NCBI GenBank assembly: GCA_038824035.1
Contig: JAWBBW010000001.1
Span: 14,187-78,186, forward strand
Reading direction: 5' to 3'
DNA: 64,000 nt
Source of the DNA: Desulfurococcaceae archaeon
GTDB taxonomy: Archaea > Thermoproteota > Thermoprotei_A > Sulfolobales > Desulfurococcaceae
The position numbers and the translations under genes are program-made. The notes beneath the pieces are model-generated. The model saw nothing but the letters and a program-made list of their open reading frames with translations, did no database searches and was not told the DNA's origin. Shown here piece after piece: positions 8,654 to 17,547 of this stretch. How positions within the stretch are numbered: the first letter of the stretch is position 1; each line of letters begins with the position of its first letter.

Positions 8654-10207
8654 CTAGATTAATTCCCCTAGGACACTTTTAGAGGAATGTTTAATTATCC
8701 TGGTATTTACGATGCTGTATCTGGGTATTTCACCGGGTATTTTAACAGCTATTGGATAGCTACCGGGGAATCTCGCGATGCTAAACCCTCTACTATACCC
8801 CTCAACGTAGAGATAGTGTAAAACGGTGCCTTCTGGCACAATTCTCTTTAACATCTCTTTGTCGAATAAGTTCATAACCCTGATTCTATGGCTATGAAAT
8901 AGCCTTTTATGTCTATTGATCACGTGGAATACGATGTCACTTCTTAGCCAAAGCGGTGTATTGGCCAAGACACTTACTTGCCTTATATTAACTCTCCTAA
9001 CTAATAAGCCCTCTTTGAGTATTTCCTTTAAGTACTCCTCATTTATCTCATATGTTTTCCTGCTCTCACCGGGCAACCCATAGAGGAGATTTATGCCTGG
9101 GAGTAGATAAGGTAAATTATTCCATCCACGAATTTTGCCAACTTTGTTCACTATTCTTATGGCGTTCAAGGCTTCATCTGGGTATACCTTCAGGTTATTA
9201 GACTTAACCACATCTGGGTCAAACGATTCAATACCAAGTGCCGCTACATCACCAGGGGTGTTATATTTAATGATGATCTTAAGTGCCTTGATTGAGATTT
9301 CAGGGTGTTTAGCTATTGTGCCCGGATTCACGTTATCGATGTGAAGTGTCGCCAGGCCTGGTGCCACATGCCTGATGCCTCTAAATAGTTTTTCCAACGC
9401 CTCTGTATTCGGTTCTGGAAATTCCTCTTCACCTATTTTAGAGGCCATATATGCCAATATATCTGGTTGCTTGCCGATCCTGATGTGTCTGACACCCAGT
9501 TTATACAACTCCTCGATTTCCCTGATCACGTTCATAGGCTCCCTCATTATGGGTCTTCCATATCTTGGCTCTATGCAGAAACTACATCCACCTGTTATCC
9601 ACCTAGGACAACCCCTATATGTCTCTATCTCGACTATCAGGTTTTTGCCAAAATTAGGATGTTGTTGAACTATCCTGGTCCCGAGTATGAAGAATTTCTC
9701 AACCAAGTCATCATATTTATCTCTCAGTAAATATGGTCGTGCTTTTTCAAAACCATGTTTGATCAACTCATCCAGGTATATCTCTATATCTCCAGTTACA
9801 ACCTCATCAAATAATGCCCTATACCTCGATGGATCTATGGCTAATCTCCCACCGCCGATGCCAATGCCATATCTGGCTCCAGGCCCGCAGAGTATTTTCT
9901 TCTTATCTCTTAGTAGGAAAGCTATTCTCTCAATTTCATGGGGCTTTATAGGCGTGCCACCTATGTATTTCCCCGGTACTTCTGACCCGGTTATTATGAT
10001 TACAAGGTCTGATCTCTTGGCATCGTTTAGGAAACCGCTTAGATCGTTTCTTACCATGTCTATTGTCCAATACCTGATTCTGGCCTTCTTATTGTTACTC
10101 CAGATAGCACCAGCTATTAGTCTTGGATAGGTATTTATATATGGCGGAACGCCCAGACCAGCTGGCTCATCTGTGTAGCCATCTAATATCACCACATCAT
10201 TCAACAT
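8654..10207 (-). CDS. radical SAM protein, COG1031-like (N-terminal Rossmann-like domain plus radical SAM core)
   Basis: YRGCPRWITGGCSFCIEP cysteine motif. I place the start at MLNDVVILDGYTDEP (ATG 10207); the ORF-track 5' extension runs into hypD. Confidence 0.8.
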   Translation of the reverse strand: MLNDVVILDGYTDEPAGLGVPPYINTYPRLIAGAIWSNNKKARIRYWTIDMVRNDLSGFLNDAKRSDLVIIITGSEVPGKYIGGTPIKPHEIERIAFLLRDKKKILCGPGARYGIGIGGGRLAIDPSRYRALFDEVVTGDIEIYLDELIKHGFEKARPYLLRDKYDDLVEKFFILGTRIVQQHPNFGKNLIVEIETYRGCPRWITGGCSFCIEPRYGRPIMREPMNVIREIEELYKLGVRHIRIGKQPDILAYMASKIGEEEFPEPNTEALEKLFRGIRHVAPGLATLHIDNVNPGTIAKHPEISIKALKIIIKYNTPGDVAALGIESFDPDVVKSNNLKVYPDEALNAIRIVNKVGKIRGWNNLPYLLPGINLLYGLPGESRKTYEINEEYLKEILKEGLLVRRVNIRQVSVLANTPLWLRSDIVFHVINRHKRLFHSHRIRVMNLFDKEMLKRIVPEGTVLHYLYVEGYSRGFSIARFPGSYPIAVKIPGEIPRYSIVNTRIIKHSSKSVLGELI

Positions 10208-11330
10208 CACTCTGCAACCCCCATGCCGAGTGTTCAGCCCAGATCCTACAAGTGCCCTCGGAGCTAACCATGCATGGGCCATAAGGATTCACAGGAGTGC
10301 ACGTTTTCATGAATAATGGGCACTGGGTTGGCTTAACCAGCCCTAAGACTACCTTGTCACATAGGCAACCAGGCAATTTATCATCACGGTACTCAACACT
10401 CTCTACTTCGAGGTGTGTGAATAAGTCGTTTTTCGCAAAGACCTCTCGGTGCTTTACACCACTTCTCGGTATCTCCCCTATACCTCTCCAATAGCCATTG
10501 ACCGGTTCATAGACTGTTTCAATGGCTTTCTTAGCATAGACATTGCCCCATGGTTTCACAACCCTTGAATACTCGTTGATAACCATGGGTTTTCCACGCA
10601 TCATTTTCAAGATGTAGTACACGGATATGATCACGTCTAATGGCTCGAAACCAGCCACTACAACTGGTATCCCGTGTTCTATTGGTATAAACTCCCAGGC
10701 ATTTGAGCCTATGATTGTGGATACATGTCCAGGTGCTATTATGCCATTGAGACTTATCTGGGGGTATCTATCCAATAGATGTCTCATCACGGGTGGAGTA
10801 TATCTGTAAGCTAGTAGTAATAAGAGGTTCTCTGGCAATATACCTAACATAGTGGGTATAGCTGTGGATGGCATGGTTGTTTCAAAGCCAATGGCGAAAA
10901 ACACGTTTACCTTGCCCCTATTTTCACGTGCATTTCTCAATGCGTCGGTAAAACTATAGACCACTTTCACATCTCCGCCTATGGCCTTAGCCTCCATGAG
11001 ATTCCTTGGATATTTTAACTTAGATCCAGGTAATTTGAAAGCATCTCCATATGTGAGTATGGTGAATTTTTCATTTAAGCAGAGATCTATTAAAACATCG
11101 ACATAGTAACCAGGCGTTATACAGACCGGGCAACCAGGGCCCGGTATTAATTCGATCTCTGGGGGTAGAACGCTTCTTAATCCATAATGAGTTATTGTCC
11201 ACTCATGTGTTCCACAGAAATTCATGATCCTCACTTTCTCTAAGCCTCTCTCCCGCTTAACCTCTTTTAATTCTTGTTTTATCCTTTCGATCAATCCCTT
11301 GGCAAACACCTTGTCTCTAAAAACCCTCAT
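10197..11330 (-). CDS. hypD: [NiFe]-hydrogenase maturation factor HypD
   Basis: GPGCPVCITP, GFETTMPST, APGHVS, the C-terminal CPLF...PCMVSSEGTC pattern, and end-to-end collinearity with E. coli HypD. Confidence 0.9.
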   Translation of the reverse strand: MRVFRDKVFAKGLIERIKQELKEVKRERGLEKVRIMNFCGTHEWTITHYGLRSVLPPEIELIPGPGCPVCITPGYYVDVLIDLCLNEKFTILTYGDAFKLPGSKLKYPRNLMEAKAIGGDVKVVYSFTDALRNARENRGKVNVFFAIGFETTMPSTAIPTMLGILPENLLLLLAYRYTPPVMRHLLDRYPQISLNGIIAPGHVSTIIGSNAWEFIPIEHGIPVVVAGFEPLDVIISVYYILKMMRGKPMVINEYSRVVKPWGNVYAKKAIETVYEPVNGYWRGIGEIPRSGVKHREVFAKNDLFTHLEVESVEYRDDKLPGCLCDKVVLGLVKPTQCPLFMKTCTPVNPYGPCMVSSEGTCRIWAEHSAWGLQSDVE

Positions 11331-11573
11331 TTCAACATCAAACCATTTTCCATTATTTGGTCGTTATCATAACTGGGTTTAATTTATCATCACAATGTCA
11401 TTTAAACACTTTGTTTAAAGCCAAAGCAATTAGTTTTAAGCTATGAAACGATAGATTTTGAAAACCGATATGGATAACCCTAATTTGACCCAGTAGACAT
11501 GGATTCAACCAGATTAATTAATCATAGAAAAAATTTATAAGTGATTTTAAAGAAGATAATCATGGGATAGATC

Positions 11574-11954
11574 ATGGAAATACCCGATCTATGTAGTATA
11601 TATGACATACGATTCCTCGTCAGGAGAGGTATCGTGATCACCCCGCCAATGCTTAAAACCCTTGACGCCATAATAGTGCTTAAGCGCGCGACAGCTGATG
11701 AAGTGGCCAAATACACTGGAAGAGCCAGGACAATAGAATCCAGGTATTTGGCCAAGTTAAACAAGGCCGGGATAATTGCCAAGATCAAAGAAGGTAGGAA
11801 AGTATATTACATAGAACCAATAAGCGCTGTCAAGGAACATCTGGATATATATGGTGATAGCATAACCCCGGAACAATTGGCACACATGATAAGTTTACCA
11901 GCCGATATAGTTAAGCTAATTATAAATTCGCTTAAACAGCCTAAACAAGGCTAG
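11574..11954 (+). CDS. small winged-helix transcription regulator
   Basis: wHTH-like segment ADEVAKYTGRARTIESRYLAKLNKAGIIAKIKEGRKVYY. Confidence 0.55.
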   Translation: MEIPDLCSIYDIRFLVRRGIVITPPMLKTLDAIIVLKRATADEVAKYTGRARTIESRYLAKLNKAGIIAKIKEGRKVYYIEPISAVKEHLDIYGDSITPEQLAHMISLPADIVKLIINSLKQPKQG

Positions 11955-12244
11955 ATCTTTACGTTAATCACAATGTTTATTTCTTTCGACGAGCTCGATG
12001 ACTTGAATACTAAGTATACCTTTGAGACATCACCATTAGCTCTACGTAATCCCTCTGCAAATGCCTCTATGAGGCGGGTTAATAGCAATGTCCTGGAAAC
12101 AGTGCAACTACTTGCCACGAACCTATCTATTACAGCCAAATCGTCTTCATTGATCCTGAGCGATATCATGCGTTTCCGCGGTTTTAATGGTATCTCTATG
12201 ATATTGACTGGTAGATTCAACGCATTTTTCTCGACTTCAACCAT
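11951..12244 (-). CDS. ribbon-helix-helix (CopG-like) protein
   Basis: RHH-like pattern RKRMISLRINEDDLAVIDRFVAS...LLLTRLIEAF. Confidence 0.5.
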   Translation of the reverse strand: MVEVEKNALNLPVNIIEIPLKPRKRMISLRINEDDLAVIDRFVASSCTVSRTLLLTRLIEAFAEGLRRANGDVSKVYLVFKSSSSSKEINIVINVKI

Positions 12245-12559
12245 GTTAATCTCCTCTATAATCTCTACTGAAGCAAAATTAATAAGCTAGTTATATCGAA
12301 AACAATTTATCTAATAATCTCAACATTTAAATAAAACAATCATGTTCTTCACATAAGCCATATTTATTGATATGGAAAAATTATACGACAAAAATATAAA
12401 AGTGGTGTCGAACAAATTATTTACGTGGCCTTTGCAACGCCCCCGGAGGGGTTGGGATGAGCAAAGGCTCTCTCCTGGGCTCCCATATTTGTTTATTAAG
12501 TTGCCATAAGAGATGAATAACTTGGATAAAATTTGTGATAGGTGAAGGTGGTTTAGCAA

Positions 12560-12844
12560 TTGTTGCGTAGATTGATCTTGGATGTATTATTTCCAATTCG
12601 TGGTGTATCCATAATAGACCTGGCTGATTCATTGCTAGTACTGAGTGGTGTGGAATCCGTTAACATAACTGTCAAGGAAGTAGATGTCGATACACAGAAC
12701 ATATTAGTGGTGATCGAAGGTGAAAAGATCGTCTTTGACGATATCAAGGAGGTTATTGAGAAAAAAGGTGGCGTGATACATAGCATAGATCAAGTAGTTG
12801 TAGGCAAGAAAATAATAGAGCCCCCACACTATCTCCTGGAGTGA
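12560..12844 (+). CDS. DUF211-family protein
   Basis: RRLILDVL...VESVNITVKEVDVDTQNILVVIEGEKIVFDDIKEVIEKKGGVIHSIDQVV matches my recollection of the DUF211 family. TTG start. Confidence 0.6.
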   Translation: MLRRLILDVLFPIRGVSIIDLADSLLVLSGVESVNITVKEVDVDTQNILVVIEGEKIVFDDIKEVIEKKGGVIHSIDQVVVGKKIIEPPHYLLE

Positions 12845-12851
12845 TGGAGAA

Positions 12852-13586
12852 ATGAGATTAAGCCCGTTGAAATTACTTGACAACATAGCTACACAGTCAA
12901 GAATAATCATAGTGGGCAATAAGACATACGTTGTTAAAAACTATAGCAATGAGCTCGGTTTACTGAAATGGTATCTGCTGAATATCCCAGCTAGGGGTAT
13001 TTATCCTTTTAAAACAGCGCCACTTACTAGGCTGAAAAGAGAAATAGAGTACATGAAGAATGCACCTGATTATTTCAGAAAACCTGAAATACTTCTCATA
13101 GATTACACAGATCTAAGCGTTGTGAGAGAATACGTACCTGGAGAAACCTATGGCCCAGATTCGCCGCCTTTTATACACAGTTACATGGGTATGAGGCTTG
13201 GGCAATTACATAGATCTGGATGGGCACTTGGAGATGTAAAAATATCCAATTTCATATACACAAGTAGCGGGGATATCTACATCATTGACGCTGAACAAGC
13301 GACTAGGGAATCAAACACTAGATATTATGCATGGGATCTGCTTGTATTGTTGTCCACTTTGACAATTGATGGTTACAACAAGTTCTTGGTAAAGGCTAGT
13401 GGTTATACGAAAATGATTAAAGATCTATTGGAGGGTTATTTAAAGGGCGGTGAAGACGTCGCGATAAACGTGATAGAGATGTTGAAAACACTCGATGAAT
13501 TCAAACTAATTGAATACCTTCTCATACCGTTTCCATATAACTATTTGTTGATAAGGGTACTGGATAACCTGAAACATGTGGACTAG
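12852..13586 (+). CDS. atypical Bud32/RIO-like protein kinase fold
   Basis: Catalytic-loop-like LGDVKISNFIY and DFG-like IYIIDAEQA. No adjacent Kae1 gene. Confidence 0.5.
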   Translation: MRLSPLKLLDNIATQSRIIIVGNKTYVVKNYSNELGLLKWYLLNIPARGIYPFKTAPLTRLKREIEYMKNAPDYFRKPEILLIDYTDLSVVREYVPGETYGPDSPPFIHSYMGMRLGQLHRSGWALGDVKISNFIYTSSGDIYIIDAEQATRESNTRYYAWDLLVLLSTLTIDGYNKFLVKASGYTKMIKDLLEGYLKGGEDVAINVIEMLKTLDEFKLIEYLLIPFPYNYLLIRVLDNLKHVD

Positions 13587-13644
13587 ATTCTACTTAAAAC
13601 CCTAAACCCTAATTTAGAATTTAAAGAAATATTAGGATAACACA

Positions 13645-13698
13645 GTGATGATTTACCCCCGGACCCGAATAGTTAATGACGAAAACATACCCGACTGA
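13645..13698 (+). ncRNA. box C/D sRNA (54 nt)
   Basis: GTGATGA-TTTACCCCCGGAC-CCGA-ATAGTTA-ATGACGA-AAACATACCCGA-CTGA. C and D boxes are perfect, C' has one mismatch, D' is CCGA. The D guide is exactly 12 nt. Confidence 0.7.
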
Positions 13699-13701
13699 GG
13701 T

Positions 13702-14304
13702 ATGACCATGTATATATTGATAGCCGGGGATAGCCACGTACCGGATAGAGCTGAGAGGATAAACCCGAGATTCAGGCAATTGATTGAAAACTGGTCTCCT
13801 TGGGAAATGGTGTTTTTCACGGGCGATTTAACTGGCATGGAGGTTTTTAATTGGCTTAGATCTATTAGTAAAGCCCTTTTCATTGTGAGAGGCAATATGG
13901 ATGTGCTCACATTTCCCCAAAAAGTTATCTTGGAGATTAAGGGGTTCAAGGTAGGAATGATACATGGAGATGGCATATATCCGAGAGGGGACACAAAGGG
14001 TTTATCGAAAGCGGCTTCATCACTTGGAGTGGACATATTGATATCTGGTCACACTCACTCAGATTTCGTGAAAACAAGCATTACGGGAGGTGAGCTATTG
14101 CTGAACCCGGGTTCTCTGACAGGTGTATGGGGTGGTGGGGGAGGTAGTTATACTCCGTCTTTCATGGTGCTCGATATGGGTAAGAACAAGTTGGAATTAC
14201 ATGTGTTCAAAATGGAGCTCGGCGATATCAGGAGAGAGATATATAGTATTGAGAGAATTGGTGGAAAATGGCTCATCTCGTTCGTCAAAGAGGTAAGATT
14301 ATGA
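13702..14304 (+). CDS. metallophosphoesterase, MJ0936/YfcE (Vps29-like) family
   Basis: Motifs GDSH, GDL, GNMD, HGD and GHTH in canonical order. Confidence 0.85.
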   Translation: MTMYILIAGDSHVPDRAERINPRFRQLIENWSPWEMVFFTGDLTGMEVFNWLRSISKALFIVRGNMDVLTFPQKVILEIKGFKVGMIHGDGIYPRGDTKGLSKAASSLGVDILISGHTHSDFVKTSITGGELLLNPGSLTGVWGGGGGSYTPSFMVLDMGKNKLELHVFKMELGDIRREIYSIERIGGKWLISFVKEVRL

Positions 14305-15352
14305 CATTCCTCCACGGTATCGAGAAAACGATCTCTTGTCCTATCGTCACGTTAAGGGTATTAGGGAAATAAGCAACAAGTGATAATTTCCCAATCCTTA
14401 TCCTGGCCTCGATCCGATCTCCTATAAACATTGCGGATTCCACGACACCTCTTAGAACCACATGATCCTCCCTTGCATGTTCACCATATTTTATTATCTC
14501 AGGCCTTATCACGACAGCAATGCGAGATGATGGCTTATCCTCAAATGGCGTTATGCCTTTAATTACAACATTGTGTAAATCCTCTATTCTAACCATTACG
14601 ATGTTTTTTTCACGGCCAACTACCTCTCCGCGATAAATATTGCTTCTCCCCAAGAAATCCGCTACGAATAGATGTTTCGGCTTAAAATATAGCTCTTGCG
14701 GTGTTCCCACTTGGATCACTTTGCCCTTGTCCATGATTGCTATTCTATCGCTAATGCTCATGGCCTCGGCCTGATCATGAGTAACGTAGATCGTGGTTAT
14801 TTTTAGTTCACGCTGTATTCTCCTGAATTCCTCTCTCATCTCAATTCTTAACTTGGCATCCAGATTACTGAGTGGCTCATCGAGAAGTAAAACCCTTGGT
14901 TGAACCACCAATGCTCTCGCCAATGCCACTCTTTGTTGTTGTCCACCACTTAATTGTAAAGGATATCTATTTTCCAAGCCCTTTAACTTGACCAATTCCA
15001 ATACCCACTCAATTCTCTCCTTGATGTCTCTCTCTGAAAGCCCGAGCTCCTTACGTTTAACCCTAAGTCCATACGCTATGTTCTCATAAACGGTCATATG
15101 AGGCCATAATGCATAGTTCTGAAAAACCATTACAGCGCCTCGCTTATACGGTTTCAAATACGTTACATCTTCATCGTCGAAATATAACTTACCCTTATCG
15201 GGCAATTCAAACCCCGCTATTATTCTCAACGTGGTTGTTTTGCCACAACCACTGGGACCCAGTATTGTGAATAGTTCTCCTTTCTCTACGTTCAAGTAGA
15301 CGTTGTCCACGGCGATGACTTTGCCGAAGTACTTGGTGATACCCTCTAACAT
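14285..15352 (-). CDS. ABC transporter ATP-binding protein (PotA/FbpC-like importer ATPase)
   Basis: Walker A GPSGCGKTT, signature LSGGQQQRVALARAL, Walker B LLLDEPLSNLD, C-terminal TOBE-like domain. Start moved to MLEGITKYFGK (ATG 15352). Confidence 0.9.
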   Translation of the reverse strand: MLEGITKYFGKVIAVDNVYLNVEKGELFTILGPSGCGKTTTLRIIAGFELPDKGKLYFDDEDVTYLKPYKRGAVMVFQNYALWPHMTVYENIAYGLRVKRKELGLSERDIKERIEWVLELVKLKGLENRYPLQLSGGQQQRVALARALVVQPRVLLLDEPLSNLDAKLRIEMREEFRRIQRELKITTIYVTHDQAEAMSISDRIAIMDKGKVIQVGTPQELYFKPKHLFVADFLGRSNIYRGEVVGREKNIVMVRIEDLHNVVIKGITPFEDKPSSRIAVVIRPEIIKYGEHAREDHVVLRGVVESAMFIGDRIEARIRIGKLSLVAYFPNTLNVTIGQEIVFSIPWRNVIILPL

Positions 15353-15515
15353 AACCCGTGTCAAGTGGCACCCCCGATTCCTGATGTTACAAGGCATATT
15401 CAGCTTAAATAATTGGCTATAATGCGTGGTGTCGAATCTACACATGCCTGATCAATGAACAGGTTTTGGTTATAAATAATTAAGACACCGCGTATTCTAA
15501 TTAAAGGGCTGAGTC

Positions 15516-15962
15516 ATGAGCAAAAGAGTTAAGGGGTTTTCACATGAAAGAGACCTGGTTCGGCGATTATGGGAATATGGATTTGCCGTGATGAGGGCCC
15601 CAGCTAGTGGTAGTAAGGCTAAGAGAGTTAGATACCCAGATATAGTAGCGATATATAGGGGTAAAGTAATAGTGATCGAAGCAAAAACAATGAAAGAAGA
15701 TCGACCTCTTTATATCAGGGGCGAACAAGTCGATAAGTTATTGGAATTCGCCAATAGATCTGGTGGAGAGGCGTATATAGCTGTTAAGAAAATAGGTACC
15801 GGTGAATGGTTCTTTATCCCTGTTGAAAAACTAGAGAAAACACAGCAAGGTAATTACAAATTAAGCGTAGATCATGTGCACGAGGGGATTAGGCTAGAGG
15901 CATTGATATCTGTTGTGAAGAGTGCTCGAAAGTTAACGGATTATATGCAGAGAGAGCATTAA
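15516..15962 (+). CDS. hjc: Holliday junction resolvase Hjc
   Basis: ERDLVRRLWEYGFAVMRAPASGS and DIVAIYRGKVIVIEAKT (the archaeal Hjc E-x-K nuclease core). Confidence 0.85.
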   Translation: MSKRVKGFSHERDLVRRLWEYGFAVMRAPASGSKAKRVRYPDIVAIYRGKVIVIEAKTMKEDRPLYIRGEQVDKLLEFANRSGGEAYIAVKKIGTGEWFFIPVEKLEKTQQGNYKLSVDHVHEGIRLEALISVVKSARKLTDYMQREH

Positions 15963-17545
15963 TCCCGTGTCACCAGTTTTACGTTGACTCCGTATTTTTC
16001 TCCAAGTTTCTTCAACCTATTTATCCTTCGCTTATATGTCCTGACAAGGTCTTTCCTTATAATAACAGATATGCCTTCCTCGTCTATCTTTATATCTGCT
16101 TGTGGTATAATGTTCCTGGCTTTCTCCAAGAGCTCTTCTCTATCGCCACCGCGATGTCTGAGTTTCTTAACAGGGACAACAACTGTTTGTTCGCCGAAAG
16201 TGTATATCTCGTATTCTAGTTCATTTGTCAGGAAATCCCTTACTTCAATCACTGGCCTCGTTAACTCGGCCTCTTTCAATCCAGTAGGCAATTTAACTGT
16301 CATCCTGATCTCATAGACCTTGTCAACTTGGCCATTTTTAATAAATATCACCGTATCTATGATTGACGGTATCATACCTAGTTCCACTCTACCTATGAAC
16401 CTCTGTATAGCGTCTATTGGAGATGTTGCGTGTACAACGCCGATCATGCCTATCCCGGCTAATCTGAGATCTGTGAATAGTTTGAAATCCTCGTCATTCC
16501 TCATCTCGTCGAACACTGTGTAATCCGGCCTGGATAACAACAATATGTCGTGAAGCTCTCCGATATCAGCATAGTTCTTACTGTATTGTGTTACATCAGC
16601 TGGCAGGATCATGTCTCTCGGCGATTCAATTGTTTTCACGATCTTGTTCATCCTCATATAGTACTCGGCGAGTGCCTGTGCAAACGTTGTCTTGCCCATA
16701 CCAGGTGCCCCGGCTATCAATATGCCCTCAGCCCTCTCATTTAATCTCTTAATCAGCTCTGGTGATAGGTTGTAATCTTCTAGCCTCAGTTTCTTCAAGG
16801 GTCTTACAGCCGTGATCTCCCATCCATCACTTAACGGCGGCCTAGTTATGACTATTCTATATGTACCTAGTTGAATTATTGTGGAACCGGCTCTATCTAT
16901 CTCTATGAATGCGTCGTTTCTCCTTTTCGCCTCCTCTATGATCTCGTTGGCCATTCGCTCTATCTCCTGTTTCTGCAATGGCTTATCACTTAGTTTCACA
17001 AATCTCCATTCACCAGGTCTCCCAACTTTTGCAACTGGAACGGCATTCTCCTTTAAGTGAACACTCATGGTGTTCTCTCCAAAGTATTTCTCAAACTCCA
17101 GTTTCTGGCTTTTCTCGGGCTTTATGTACATGACACGTATACCGAGTGCCTTTGAGACTGTGTACTGGATGTTATCACTAGTTATCAACGTGGCATCTAG
17201 TGATAACGCTGTATCCCTGATCAAGGCGTTGATGTTGTTTACGAAATCTTCGTTGTTATCCATGAACCTAGGTCTTTCACCGACATATTCAAGTGTTATG
17301 ATTCCTTTCTCATGCATCTCTCTGAGTCTTTTAATCTCCTCTAAACCGGCAAATCCCACAACTTTGCCTTTATTCGCGTATTGTTCTAGAAGATATATTA
17401 TAGCCCTGTGAACAGCTATTCTACCGTTAATTACTCCTTCCGATACAAATTTGGATACCAAGCCCTGTACTAAGACACTGTAGTCAGGGACATATACCTG
17501 TTCTCCAGCTAATTTATATATCACTAAACAACCCCTTTCGAACAT
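15959..17545 (-). CDS. PIN-domain / KH-domain ATPase (PINA-like, COG1855)
   Basis: Central Walker A AGAPGMGKTTFAQAL, N-terminal PIN-like region, C-terminal KH-like region. Sits next to hjc, as reported for Sulfolobus PINA. Confidence 0.8.
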   Translation of the reverse strand: MFERGCLVIYKLAGEQVYVPDYSVLVQGLVSKFVSEGVINGRIAVHRAIIYLLEQYANKGKVVGFAGLEEIKRLREMHEKGIITLEYVGERPRFMDNNEDFVNNINALIRDTALSLDATLITSDNIQYTVSKALGIRVMYIKPEKSQKLEFEKYFGENTMSVHLKENAVPVAKVGRPGEWRFVKLSDKPLQKQEIERMANEIIEEAKRRNDAFIEIDRAGSTIIQLGTYRIVITRPPLSDGWEITAVRPLKKLRLEDYNLSPELIKRLNERAEGILIAGAPGMGKTTFAQALAEYYMRMNKIVKTIESPRDMILPADVTQYSKNYADIGELHDILLLSRPDYTVFDEMRNDEDFKLFTDLRLAGIGMIGVVHATSPIDAIQRFIGRVELGMIPSIIDTVIFIKNGQVDKVYEIRMTVKLPTGLKEAELTRPVIEVRDFLTNELEYEIYTFGEQTVVVPVKKLRHRGGDREELLEKARNIIPQADIKIDEEGISVIIRKDLVRTYKRRINRLKKLGEKYGVNVKLVTRD

Positions 17546-17547
17546 AG

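Noticed and set aside
10208-10282. ORF-track N-terminal extensions: radical SAM to 10282, ABC ATPase to 15445, accC to 23291, NUDIX to 55697, M28-like from 49675, proS from 51302.
   Set aside because: The extensions overlap neighbouring genes or promoters and precede well-conserved family N-termini that begin at internal ATG codons. I report the shorter coordinates instead.
11347-11393. Minus-strand GTGATGA followed by 12-4-7-12-4 spacing (TAAATTAAACCC AGTT ATGATAA CGACCAAATAAT GGAA), upstream of hypD.
   Set aside because: Both D' and D positions lack CTGA (AGTT and GGAA), there is no loop between D' and C', and the guides are extremely AT-rich for a thermophile. This is probably chance, or a decayed element.
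15509-15518. CTGA-GTC-ATG directly upstream of hjc, the same D-box / 3-nt / ATG geometry as the two sRNA-leader cases.
   Set aside because: No C or C' box lies at the required distances upstream. The 12-nt 'guide' would be CTAATTAAAGGG, and the preceding sequence is the TTATAAATAATTAAG promoter. The CTGA is most likely coincidental.
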